Positions 52,421 through 62,866 are shown, counted from the first letter of the stretch. The stretch is 64,000 nucleotides of DNA from an uncultured delta proteobacterium (GCA_963706575.1 CAVPNL010000013.1:1-64000); one strand, 5' to 3'. The notes: generated by a model not told the origin, from the letters alone. Made by a program: numbers and translations.

Positions 52421-53602
52421 ATGCTTTTAAGTCAATTAGAAAGCAAAGTGCAACCAGCGCCTCGACGACCTGAAAATTCTGTTCCGGGTCCGGTTAAACC
52501 GTCGGCCCTATCAGAAAATAATGTTCAAAAATTCGGTATCTACCGGCTGGTCGGCGGCGGACTGATTTTCATTGGATTAACGGCGGGCATATTCTGGTAC
52601 CAATTTTCTGAGATACCGATGGGCCAGCGTCCTCCGATTTGGCAGCAGCTGCAATGGCGCTATTTGTTCTGGCTATTGATCTTTCTTCCCGTCGAAACAT
52701 TTGCGGCCGGTTTGCGGATCTGGGTGATCAGCCGCGCACTGCAGCCCGGCGTGAGTTTATGGACCTGTTTGAAGGCCGAGTGGGCCAACCTGGGTCTTGC
52801 CATGCTGACGCCTTCACAGACCGGTGGGGGGGTCGGTCAGATTTACATGCTGAGTCGTGGGGGCATGAATCTTGGTACCGCCCTGACTGTCAGTTTAATT
52901 TCCTTTTTGGGCAGCATGGTCGTTTTATTGTTTATTGGTATTTACTCGCTGCTGATCGCCAAAGTCGACCATTTGGTCGTCTTCTTCCAGGGGGCCCTGC
53001 TTATCTTTTTACTTATTTTTGCGGTGGTGATTGTTGCAGTCTGCTGGCCCGGATCCCTGCGTTTTGTGATTTCGGGGATTTGCAGGGGGATCCAGAAGAT
53101 ATGTGACAAAAAACACTCACCGAAGAACATCGGTTTACCGCAAAATTCCAGAATCAACCGCTTGACGAATCAGCTGCACAATTTTTCGGAAAAACTGATC
53201 GCTCTCTGCTATATGCACCAGGTCAACATGTGCCGGTTTTTCAGTCAGGATAAGGCCAGTTTTGCATGGGTGTGCTTCTTGAGCATCGTCTTTATGCTTT
53301 CACGTTCCATTATGGCGTTTTTGTGTCTTCGCTTTCTCGGAATTCAAGCATCCAGCCTATTGAGTGTAATCGAAACCCAGTTAAGCCTGATATTCCTGAT
53401 ATACTTCGCGCCCACTCCGGGAAGTTCGGGCCTGGCTGAAGGCGCGTCGATGTTAATGATGAATGGCGCCATGTCGGCAGGGTTGGTGCCCTATTATAAT
53501 CTGCTGTGGCGCTGTTCGACACTTTATCTGCCGGCCATCGCCGGACTGGTTTTTCTGTCGTGGGCGATTATTCAAGATACGCGCCGGGTCGTTGACCGCT
53601 GA
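52421..53602 (+). CDS. lysylphosphatidylglycerol synthase TM-domain (flippase-like) protein
   Basis: LTPSQTGGG, FAPTPGSSGLAEG and LLWR; multiple TM segments. Confidence 0.82.
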   Translation: MLLSQLESKVQPAPRRPENSVPGPVKPSALSENNVQKFGIYRLVGGGLIFIGLTAGIFWYQFSEIPMGQRPPIWQQLQWRYLFWLLIFLPVETFAAGLRIWVISRALQPGVSLWTCLKAEWANLGLAMLTPSQTGGGVGQIYMLSRGGMNLGTALTVSLISFLGSMVVLLFIGIYSLLIAKVDHLVVFFQGALLIFLLIFAVVIVAVCWPGSLRFVISGICRGIQKICDKKHSPKNIGLPQNSRINRLTNQLHNFSEKLIALCYMHQVNMCRFFSQDKASFAWVCFLSIVFMLSRSIMAFLCLRFLGIQASSLLSVIETQLSLIFLIYFAPTPGSSGLAEGASMLMMNGAMSAGLVPYYNLLWRCSTLYLPAIAGLVFLSWAIIQDTRRVVDR

Positions 53603-53710
53603 CAGCGTAAGATAGATGAGTCCGGTAGATTTCGAAATGCAACATCAACGCGATGTATTCAATCAAGCCTCTTGAAAAATCTTTAAATTAAGTCTAAACA
53701 ATAACTTGAT

Positions 53711-53970
53711 TAGAAGTGGTTTCAAAACCTCAGATCAGGTTCCCCGCTTTAACGCGGGATTGCACGTCTTTATTTTATCAAATTAATGTGTGCATCAAAG
53801 TAAGGCGCAGGCCGATCGGGAAAGTCGTTGTTCTCAGCATACATGATGGGCTAGTATGTGAGCATTTACCGGAGGCTGTGCTGCACCCTTATTTAAAAAA
53901 TCAGATGCGAATCCCGCTTGCGGGGCAACGCAGCCATTGGGCCTCAGATGGGGTTTTGAAACCACTTCTA
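53711..53970 (+). mobile_element. RPE/ERIC-like MITE, family A, copy 3, expanded by two internal insertions
   Basis: Same TIRs and core as 41259-41404 but 260 bp long. Confidence 0.85.
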
Positions 53971-54150
53971 GATGAATATGGGACAATGTGCTGCCGGCTA
54001 ACTCTTGCCGATTGCAGGGGTTTTGATCTCGGTACATGGTGCCTCGAAGATCGTGCGGGTTTAGAAAGAAAAAGATTTCTTTTCGGGTAATTTCCATCAG
54101 ACGGTGAGATCCGGTTCAGGTTTGCAGCGTTTATCCTGCGTGCCTGAAAA

Positions 54151-56594
54151 ATGCAAGAAAGGAGATACAAATTGCATCCGAAGAATTTGAAAATCTTCAT
54201 TGGGATAGGGCTTCTTATTTTTGTGTTGACCTCATCGGCCTGGTCGCAAAATCCTCTAATGCTCAAAACCGGCAAGAAACGGGCAGATGCCAAAAATGCC
54301 GAAAACGTTTCGCTGCCCAAGCCCCTGACTGCAGAAAACATCGATCATATCGTTGCCGGTCTCAGTGACGCGCAGGTCCGACGATTGTTAATCAATGAGC
54401 TTACGTTGCAGGCACAGAAAGAGACGCCTGTCGAGGCGAAACCGGAAGGCATCGCCGGTTTCATCCATAAGATAAGAAACCTGACCGCTTTGCTGCAAAC
54501 CCGCATTGAATTTATCCGCTCTGGCGGCAGCGCGGCGCCGCAAGAATTCGAGGGCATATACGCCTTTCTTGCCAGGGGTGAACGCGGGACGAAAACCGTG
54601 CCCCAGGTCATTTTGAGTGTCGCCGCGGTGCTGGCCGGAGGTTTGCTGATCGAATGGCTGTTCGTGCTCTACACTGCAGCGGCGCGGCGCCGCATCACAT
54701 CGAGCGTGCCTTCCGGATGGATCGCCAAAATCGGATCCCTGGGCTCGCGGGCCCTGCTGGATTTAACGGCCATCATCATCTTCATCGCCGCGGCCGTAAT
54801 CCTTTTTTTCTTTTTTTTGGACCGCACTGCCGGCCAGCGCGTGCTTTTGGCCGCTTACCTGGCGGGCTTGGCATTTTTCCAGGTCGCCTATCTGGTATTG
54901 CGATTTTTCCTGGCCCCGCGCACACCCGCACTGCGGTTTCTGCCGTTCAGCGACGAAACCGCAGTGTATCTCCATTACTGGCTCCTGGCGCTGACCTTCG
55001 TTCTCTGCTTCGGTAATGTGACCAGAGGTGTGATGGGCCTGGCGGGCGCCACCGAGTTGACGCAGCTCAAGTTCGGCACGCTGTCTGGTTTGATCGCGGC
55101 CGCGATGATCATCTGGATGATTGTGCAGAAACGCAAGGCAGCGGCAGCCGCATTCAGCGAGGGTCTGCCGGAAGCCAGCCTGCGCTACCGGTTGGCTCAG
55201 AAGTGGCATCACTTTGCCGTTTTTGCTGTCTTAGTGCTCCTGGCCGCTGCCATCAGCAGCTCGATTTTGGGTACGGCCTCGAACCAGGCGATACTGACCC
55301 TGCTGATGGTAATCCTTTACTTTATGCTGGACTGGATTCTGCGTTTGATGCTGGAGGCGGCTTTCGGCATCGTGGAGCAGCCCGAGGAGCAGCCGGTGGC
55401 TGCTGAAGCAGCGGCCGACGAGCCGGAAGATGATATTGAAACTGAAGACGCCGGAGTGCCGGCCGCAGAAGCCTCAAAGGATAAACCGGCCCCCGGCGGC
55501 CGCCTGGAACTCGACCGCATGAAAGGTCCGCTGCGCACCGCCCTGCGTCTGGCCCTGGCGGTATTGCTGTTTTTCTGGATCCTTGACATCTGGAACCTTG
55601 ATCTCCCGATCGGAGAGGCGGTGGTCCGGACCCTGATAAAGATTTTGGTGGTCGTGCTGATCTGTTACGTTGCCTGGGGCCTGGTGAACGCTGCGATCAT
55701 GCGCCGGATGCGCGACGAGATGCCGGAGGAGGATGAGGAACAGGAAGAGGGCGGCGCCGGCGGCTCGCGCATCGCCACCCTGCTCCTGCTGCTGCGCAAG
55801 TTCATGCTGGTGGTCATTATCGTCATGGCCAGTCTGATTGTTTTATCGGCCCTGGGGGTGAACATCGGCCCCCTGATTGCCGGCGCCGGTGTCTTCGGCC
55901 TGGCGATCGGCTTCGGCGCCCAGACGCTGGTCAAGGACATTATCTCGGGGGTGTTTTACCTCATGGACGATGCCTTCCGGGTCGGCGACTATCTGGAGGT
56001 TTCCGGCACCAAGGGAACGGTGGAGCACATTTCGCTGCGCTCCCTCAGGCTGCGCAACCCGCGGGGCCAGGTCTATTTCATTCCTTTCGGCGACCTCAAG
56101 CTGGTGACCAACCTCAGCCGCGACTACGTCATCATGAAGCTCGACTTCCGGGTGCGCTATGACGCCGACGTGGAAAAAATTCGCAAGATTATCAAGAAAA
56201 AAGTCTATCAAAAAATCGCCGAAGATCCCGAGCTGGGGCCCAAACTGATGGAACCGATCAAATCCCAGGGCGTGCGGGAGATGGATGACTCGGCCATGGT
56301 CATGCGGGTCAAATACAAAACCAAGCCGGGCGATCAGTTTGCCATCCGCAAAGAAGTTTACCACCTCATGCAGGAAGCGTTCAGGGAAGAAGGCATAGAG
56401 TTTGCGCATCGAAACGTGACCGTGTACATGCCGCCGGAGGCCAGCGAGGCGGCGCGCAGGCGGCGGATGAAGACCAGCAAAAAGATGCGAAGGCAAACAG
56501 CGAAATTCAGCGCCAGGCCGCTGCAGCGGCAGCGTTGGCAGCCATTCAGGCCCAGGAGGAGGCAGAGAAAGCCAAGAAGAAATCTGAAAAATAA
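54151..56594 (+). CDS. large MscS-family mechanosensitive channel (YbiO-like); frameshift near 56452
   Basis: GPLIAGAGVFGLAIGFGAQTLVKD, FRVGD and GTVEHISLRS; an Ala-rich tail continues in the shifted frame to TAA 56594. Confidence 0.88.
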
Positions 56595-56654
56595 GACCTT
56601 TTTTACGCACTGCACCTTTTAAACCCTTGAAAGCCTTGCAACCCACCCGAACGG

Positions 56655-56961
56655 TGCAACTTTATTTGCATTGTAAACCTCTCCTTTCCTACCTAACCCA
56701 TTGATTTAATATATTATAATTAAAATTACAGGGTTACAGAGTCAACTTATGTTGCACCCTCATAACAAGCAATTTTAGATCGGATTTTGCTTGTCTAAAC
56801 AGGAATTAATCTTTTTCAATTCAGATTCCATTTTCAATTCAAAACATATCCTGTTGAAATTAATAGGATAAATTTCCAACACGCTGTTTTCTTTAGTCTC
56901 CGGAAAATTATTAAAGGCACAAAAATAAGAGATCTAAACGTTTTTGGAACAACAGTTGCTC
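56655..56961 (+). promoter_or_regulatory. sigma-54 promoter with paired enhancer boxes (promoter 3)
   Basis: TGCAACTTTATTTGCA at 56655; GTCAACTTATGTTGCAC at 56741; TGGAACAACAGTTGCT at 56945. Confidence 0.75.
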
Positions 56962-57046
56962 TTTGATTGATTAAGAAAAGGAAAGAGCAATCAATCTAAG
57001 GCCAATCATTAGAATATCGTTTTAAACTTTATTAAGGGAGCCCATC

Positions 57047-57514
57047 ATGAAAATTTCATCTAAAGTGCGAGGACTAATCATAGCCGCAATCATTTTACCG
57101 CTAACGGGTTGCATGAGCGCACATCAGCACTACCAGCAAACCCATGGTGCTCAGGAGCGCCAAATGACAATTGGTATCGTGCAGAAAGAAATAAGGAACG
57201 GTATGTCGGCTGCTGAAGTAGCCGAGGTACTGGGGTCACCCAACATTGTGACAACCGATGGCGAAGGTCGCGAGGTCTGGGTTTATGATAAGATTTCGAC
57301 CGATGTGACGTATTCAAATGATTCCGGGGGCGCAGGCGTTATTCTTTTAATTGGCGGCGCAACCGGCGGTACTGCCGGTGGAGGGCTCGGTTCGGGAAAT
57401 TACAGTCGATCTGCAGGCGCTCAATCCAAGACCCAGCGAACCTTGACCGTGATAATTAAGTTCGATGAACAGAATAAGGTGCGTGACTTCGCATATCATT
57501 CCAGCAGGTTTTAA
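57047..57514 (+). CDS. BamE/SmpA-like lipoprotein
   Basis: Lipobox LTGC; GMSAAEVAEVLGSPN, EVWVY and LTVIIKFD. Confidence 0.8.
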   Translation: MKISSKVRGLIIAAIILPLTGCMSAHQHYQQTHGAQERQMTIGIVQKEIRNGMSAAEVAEVLGSPNIVTTDGEGREVWVYDKISTDVTYSNDSGGAGVILLIGGATGGTAGGGLGSGNYSRSAGAQSKTQRTLTVIIKFDEQNKVRDFAYHSSRF

Positions 57515-57526
57515 CAAGGAGAAAGT

Positions 57527-58063
57527 GTGATGAAATTGCGTAGAACTTTCAAAATAAGCGTAATTTTAATCTGCCTGAGCTCCTTTTTGGCCTGTCAGAA
57601 TAAGATCCTCAGAGAAGCGCTCACATTGTCACCTGAATCTCTTAAAGACCGCCAATTGCAGACAAGACTATTTGAAGGCAGCGATGAAAAGAAGATACTG
57701 ACTGCATCTGCGGCCGTGCTTCAGGATCTGGGCTTTAACATCGACGAGACAGAGGTCAGCGCCGGTGTTATCGCGTGTTCCCGAGAAAGGGATGTTACAG
57801 ATTCCAAGGAAGTGGTGCTGTCAATAGCGCTTTTGTTCCTGGGTATTTATCTTCCCTATGCCGAAAAACAAAAAGTGTTCGCCTCACTGGTAACGAGGCC
57901 CTTGAGCCATAAAAGAATTGCTGTTCGTATTACCTTTCAACACATGGTCTGGAATAGTGATCATGTCCAGATCAAAAACGAGCAGATTAATGAGCCTGAA
58001 ATCTACCAGGAGTTTTTTTCCAAGCTTTCAAAGTCAGTTTTCCTGGTAGCTCATGAGATATAG
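57527..58063 (+). CDS. hypothetical lipoprotein
   Basis: Lipobox FLAC; RQLQTRLF, LQDLGFNID and PEIYQEFFSKLSK. Confidence 0.75.
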   Translation: MMKLRRTFKISVILICLSSFLACQNKILREALTLSPESLKDRQLQTRLFEGSDEKKILTASAAVLQDLGFNIDETEVSAGVIACSRERDVTDSKEVVLSIALLFLGIYLPYAEKQKVFASLVTRPLSHKRIAVRITFQHMVWNSDHVQIKNEQINEPEIYQEFFSKLSKSVFLVAHEI

Positions 58064-58073
58064 GAGGCCTGTT

Positions 58074-58496
58074 ATGGAAAAACGTGTCCTGATCATATTT
58101 AGCCTGATCTTTGTTCTCGCTATTGCAGCCTGCGCCGGAAGGCAGAAAAACATCCTTGAAACGACCGAATCTCAGGTGAAGCTGCGGAGCATGCAAAGCC
58201 GCGTGTTTGACATGAGTGATCAAAACCGCCTGCTACGAACCATCATAGCGACTATGCAAGATTTGGGATTTGTGATTGACGACGCCGAAGAGTCTCTCGG
58301 AACTGTTTCAGGTACAAAACGTTCCGTTTATTTCTTACGGATGACCGTATCGATTCGACCCAGAGGAACCCATCAAATGATTGTTCGCAGCAATATGCAG
58401 TTTAACTGGGCGTCCATAGAAGACCCGGAACCCTATCAACATTTTTTTTCAACATTATCCAAGGGGCTTTTCCTGGAAGCACAACCGATAGAGTAA
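58074..58496 (+). CDS. hypothetical lipoprotein, paralogue of the preceding gene
   Basis: AGGAGG RBS; lipobox IAAC; RSMQSRVF, MQDLGFVID and PEPYQHFFSTLSK. Confidence 0.75.
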   Translation: MEKRVLIIFSLIFVLAIAACAGRQKNILETTESQVKLRSMQSRVFDMSDQNRLLRTIIATMQDLGFVIDDAEESLGTVSGTKRSVYFLRMTVSIRPRGTHQMIVRSNMQFNWASIEDPEPYQHFFSTLSKGLFLEAQPIE

Positions 58497-58569
58497 ATCA
58501 GCGGTTATCAGCGATTAACGGGCAAAAAAGCCAGGGCATTTTAATTGACAGACTTACGCCGGCATAATA

Positions 58570-61134
58570 TTGTTTTTAATGGGGATTCTTTATCCAATGC
58601 CGCATTTAAAGAACCGACATAATTTATTCATCATCTCACTGCCGCTTATCATTGCCTATCTGATATTCTTCAGCGCCTGTATCAATGATTCTCCCCGACG
58701 AATTCCGCCCAAAGCGCTCAAGGGTGTTCTCGATCTCAGCGACTGGGACCTCAAAGAAGACGGTCCGGTTGATCTTATCGGTGAGTATGAATTTTACTGG
58801 TTGCAACACCTGCTGCCGGATGATTTTTCTAAAACAAATCCGGGGGAGAAAACAGAATTCATTAAAGTGCCCGGGTATTGGACTGGTTATAAATTGGGAG
58901 GCATGGAACTGCCTGGGCATGGATACGTTACCTACCGTCTAAACATTGTGCTAAACAAACAGCAGGGACCCCTTGCTTTAAGAACGGTTGAAATTTCGAA
59001 TGCCTACAGCATCTATGTAAACGGGCAAAAGGTGGGTTCTTTGGGACAAGCCGGTAAAAGTCGCGAGACGACCGTTCCGCGGCAATTCCCCCAGATCATA
59101 GATTTTGAGCTCAAAAAAAATCAAATGGAACTCATCATTCAGGTTTCCAATTTCCACCACAGACGCGGTGGAATCTGGGAAGTTATTCAACTGGGAAGAG
59201 AAAAAGATCTGCGCGCAGCCTGGGAGAGAAGGCTTAGCTTTGATCTGCTTTTGATCGGCAGTATTATGCTGATGGGCCTTTACCATCTGGGGCTTTTTAT
59301 GGTCAGAAAAAAGGACCGTTCACCACTTTACTTCAGCATCTTCTGCATCCTGCTTGCACTGAGGACGCTCACCACCGGTGGAAGATATCTCGTTCTTTCT
59401 TTCCCTGATCTAAGCTGGGAACTTATGATCAAGTTCGAATATCTTTCATTTTATCTGGCCGTCCCGGCTTTCGGGATGTTTATGCGATCGATTTTTCAGA
59501 AATTTTCAGAAGGATTTCTTCGTTCCATAGAAATGCTGGCAATTGCTTTTGCAGGTGTTGTCATCTTTACCCCGGCAAGATTCTTCTCACATACCCTCAA
59601 CATATACGAAATCATTATCCTGATGACAGTTATATACGGGCTATACGTGATCATTGCCTCTTTGAACCAGAAGCGAATTGAGGCATCCGTATTTCTTCTC
59701 GGGTTTGTTATCTTATGTCTTACAATCATTAATGACATGCTGCATGTTGAAAATATCATACAAACAGGCTTTTTTACCCAGTTTGGCTTTTTTTTCTTTA
59801 TTCTGTCCCAGGCGTTTCTTCTCTCCTATCGTCACTCAATAGCCTTGACAACAGTTGAAACCCAACAGATAGAATTAAGAGATACGCTTGAATCCCTTAA
59901 AGCCGAAATCATCGATCGGGTGCAGGCTGAAGAAGCACTGCGTGAAAGTGAAGAAAAATACCGAACTATCCTCCAAAGTATCGAGGAAGGGTATTACGAG
60001 GTCGACCTGGCCGGCAACCTGACCTTCTTCAATGATTCCTTGTGCAAGCATCTTAAATATTCAAAGGATGAGCTCATGGGAATGAACAACCGGCAGTTTA
60101 CCAGCAAAGAAACTGTCGAGCGGGTATATAAAACATTTAATTCGGTCTTCAAAACCGGAAAGGCCGCAACGGCATTTGACTGGGAGATGATCGCCAAAGA
60201 CGGTAGTAAAAAATTTGTCGAACTGTCTGTATCTTTAATACGGGATTCGGAAGGCCAGCCGGTGGGGTTTCGGGGAGTGGCGCGAGACATTAGCGAACGC
60301 AAAAAAGCCGAGGAACAGGCCAAACTCCATCAACACCAGCTCATGCAGGCCAGTAAGATGGTGGCATTGGGCACGCTGGTTTCCGGTGTGGCCCATGAGG
60401 TGAACAACCCCAACAATTTTATCATGTTGAATTCCCCCATTTTAAAAGAAGCCTGGGACAATGCCCTGCCGATCCTGCAAAAGTATTATGAGGAAAATGG
60501 TGATTTCCTCGTCGGCGGCATGAATTACAGCGAGATGCGCGAAAATATTCCCACCCTGTTTTCCGGCATATCCGACGGTGCCAGACGGATAAAACAAATT
60601 GTTGATGACCTCAAGAATTATGTAAGGGATAACACCGCCGATCTGACCCAGTCGGTCGATATCAATGAAGTATTAAAGTCAGCCGTTTCGCTGCTCTCCA
60701 ATATGATCAAAAAATCCACCAATAAATTTTCAATCGAATATGGCAAAAATTTGCCGCAGTTACGCGGAAATTTCCAGCGACTCGAGCAGGTCATGATAAA
60801 CTTAGTTCAAAATGCCTGCCAGGCGCTGCCGGATGCTCAAAAAGGTATTTTTATTACCATCCAATTTGATCGTAAAGCCTCAAATATCGTCATTAACGTT
60901 CGCGATGAAGGCATGGGAATTCCTCCCGAGACGCTTCTGAATATTACCGACCCGTTTTTTACGACCAAACACGATTCCGGTGGTGTCGGGCTGGGCCTGT
61001 CAATTTCTTCAAAGATCGTTGAAGAGCATGGCGGTACCCTGAACTTCAAATCAGAAATCGGTGCCGGCACAACGGCAGAGATCACCCTGCCTGTTGATCG
61101 AAAAAATCAAACCGTGAAAGGGAAACCAGAATGA
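58570..61134 (+). CDS. sensor histidine kinase (7TMR-DISM-type extracellular and 7TM domains, PAS, HisKA, HATPase)
   Basis: GVLDLSDW, GYVTYRL, SNFHHRRGG, about 7 TM segments, PAS, GVAHEVNNP, PFFTTK and GLGL; the real start may be ATG 58579 or 58597 (TTGACA-17-TATTGT at 58545-58573). Confidence 0.92.
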   Translation: MFLMGILYPMPHLKNRHNLFIISLPLIIAYLIFFSACINDSPRRIPPKALKGVLDLSDWDLKEDGPVDLIGEYEFYWLQHLLPDDFSKTNPGEKTEFIKVPGYWTGYKLGGMELPGHGYVTYRLNIVLNKQQGPLALRTVEISNAYSIYVNGQKVGSLGQAGKSRETTVPRQFPQIIDFELKKNQMELIIQVSNFHHRRGGIWEVIQLGREKDLRAAWERRLSFDLLLIGSIMLMGLYHLGLFMVRKKDRSPLYFSIFCILLALRTLTTGGRYLVLSFPDLSWELMIKFEYLSFYLAVPAFGMFMRSIFQKFSEGFLRSIEMLAIAFAGVVIFTPARFFSHTLNIYEIIILMTVIYGLYVIIASLNQKRIEASVFLLGFVILCLTIINDMLHVENIIQTGFFTQFGFFFFILSQAFLLSYRHSIALTTVETQQIELRDTLESLKAEIIDRVQAEEALRESEEKYRTILQSIEEGYYEVDLAGNLTFFNDSLCKHLKYSKDELMGMNNRQFTSKETVERVYKTFNSVFKTGKAATAFDWEMIAKDGSKKFVELSVSLIRDSEGQPVGFRGVARDISERKKAEEQAKLHQHQLMQASKMVALGTLVSGVAHEVNNPNNFIMLNSPILKEAWDNALPILQKYYEENGDFLVGGMNYSEMRENIPTLFSGISDGARRIKQIVDDLKNYVRDNTADLTQSVDINEVLKSAVSLLSNMIKKSTNKFSIEYGKNLPQLRGNFQRLEQVMINLVQNACQALPDAQKGIFITIQFDRKASNIVINVRDEGMGIPPETLLNITDPFFTTKHDSGGVGLGLSISSKIVEEHGGTLNFKSEIGAGTTAEITLPVDRKNQTVKGKPE

Positions 61135-62561
61135 CTGAATCAACCTATCCGCAATTTCCCGTCATGATGGTCGATGATGAAGCCCAGGCCATAACCAGTT
61201 TTGAAATGGCGCTGCGCTCGGCAAATATGAATAACTTCATTCGCTGTCATGACAGCCGCGATGTCATACCGCTGCTTTCCAGCCAGGAGATCGAAGTTAT
61301 GCTGCTGGACTTGAGAATGCCGCATATATCGGGTGAAGAGCTGCTTCCGATCATAACCAGTGACTACCCTGAAATTCCGGTTGTCGTTATAACCGGATCA
61401 AACGATGTGGATACGGCCGTAAAGTGTATGCAATACGGCGCATTTGACTACATACTTAAGCCGGTTGAGAAAAGCCGTCTGATTGGTGGCGTCAAGCGGG
61501 CGGTCGAACTGCGAGAATTGCAGCGTGAAAATCAGTTGCTCAAAGCCCATGTATTGTCGGACAAACTGGAAAAGCCGGAAGCCTTCTCAGAAATTATTAC
61601 GGTCAGCACCAGCATGCGGTCCATTTTTCAATATATGGAGGCCATCGCCAACAGCCCGCGGCCGGTGTCGATAACCGGAGAAACCGGTGTCGGCAAAGAA
61701 TTGGTCGCTAAAGCCGTTCACACCTTAAGCAACCGTAAAGGCGATTTCGTGCCCGTGAACGTGGCCGGCCTGGACGATCATGTTTTTGCGGATACCCTCT
61801 TTGGCCACAAAAAGGGCGCTTTTACGGACGCCCGCGAAGCACGCAGCGGTCTAATTGAGCGGGCAGCGGGGGGCACCCTTTTTCTGGATGAAATCGGAGA
61901 TATGAGCACGACTTCCCAGGTCAAGCTGTTGCGTCTTTTACAGGAGGGGGATTTTTTCCCGCTGGGATCGGATGTGACCAAACGTTCCGATGCGCGTATC
62001 GTGGTGGCCACGAATCAAGACCTTGATGCACTGCAGTCATCCGGACAGTTTCGCAAAGATCTGTATTACCGGCTATGTGATCATCAAATTCACATACCGC
62101 CGCTGCGCAGGCGACGGGAGGATCTGGCGGTTCTGGTTGAGCATTTTTTGGAAAAGGCGTCTAAAACGTTAGATAAAAAGAAACCGACACCACCGCTAGA
62201 ACTGATCACACTGCTATCAACCTATCATTTTCCCGGAAATATCAGAGAACTCGAATCCATGATCTTTGATGCGGTCAGCAGCCATGCATCCGGCAAGCTG
62301 TCCATGGACTCGTTTAAAGCCCATTTATCCAAGGTTTCCGTGACCGATGCGCCGGATTCACCCCTCGAAAAAGGAGCACTGATCAGCTTCTCGCATCAAT
62401 TGCCCACGCTTAAACAAATCGAACAATTGTTGATTGATGAAGCCCTTAAAAGAGCCAACGACAATCAATCCATTGCGGCGCTGAGTTTGGGAATATCGCG
62501 TCAGGCCTTGAACAAGCGCCTTAAAAAAATGGCCGAGCAGCAAGATTCCGCATCACAATAA
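61131..62561 (+). CDS. NtrC-family sigma-54-dependent response regulator
   Basis: Receiver domain (VDDE, LLDL.MP, KP); GETGVGKE, GAFTDA and C-terminal HTH; ATGA overlap with the kinase. Confidence 0.95.
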   Translation: MTESTYPQFPVMMVDDEAQAITSFEMALRSANMNNFIRCHDSRDVIPLLSSQEIEVMLLDLRMPHISGEELLPIITSDYPEIPVVVITGSNDVDTAVKCMQYGAFDYILKPVEKSRLIGGVKRAVELRELQRENQLLKAHVLSDKLEKPEAFSEIITVSTSMRSIFQYMEAIANSPRPVSITGETGVGKELVAKAVHTLSNRKGDFVPVNVAGLDDHVFADTLFGHKKGAFTDAREARSGLIERAAGGTLFLDEIGDMSTTSQVKLLRLLQEGDFFPLGSDVTKRSDARIVVATNQDLDALQSSGQFRKDLYYRLCDHQIHIPPLRRRREDLAVLVEHFLEKASKTLDKKKPTPPLELITLLSTYHFPGNIRELESMIFDAVSSHASGKLSMDSFKAHLSKVSVTDAPDSPLEKGALISFSHQLPTLKQIEQLLIDEALKRANDNQSIAALSLGISRQALNKRLKKMAEQQDSASQ

Positions 62562-62690
62562 GATCATAGCACGCCTGTATTGCCGACGCATGCGCACGAT
62601 ATTTGTTCTTGATTACCGCAAAATTCAGATGATAAAACAAATTAAATTCTCTTATTCGGTTATGCAGAAAGCCCAAGTTAAGCTCTTTCA

Positions 62691-62763
62691 ACCACGAAGC
62701 GCACGAAGGACACGAAAAGGGATTTTAAATTTATTCTATCCTACCTTCGTGATCTTCGTGGTG
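62691..62763. repeat. palindromic CACGAA / TTCGTG repeat
   Basis: ACCACGAAGCGCACGAAGGACACGAA...CTTCGTGATCTTCGTGGTG. Confidence 0.75.
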
Positions 62764-62866
62764 AGATAACTATCGGAGGTATTCAACTGGAGATTTCCAG
62801 ATAACCACATTCTCTTATTTTTCGAAAATATTTGTTTGGGTTATCAATTAGAAAGGTTAAGTTGCT

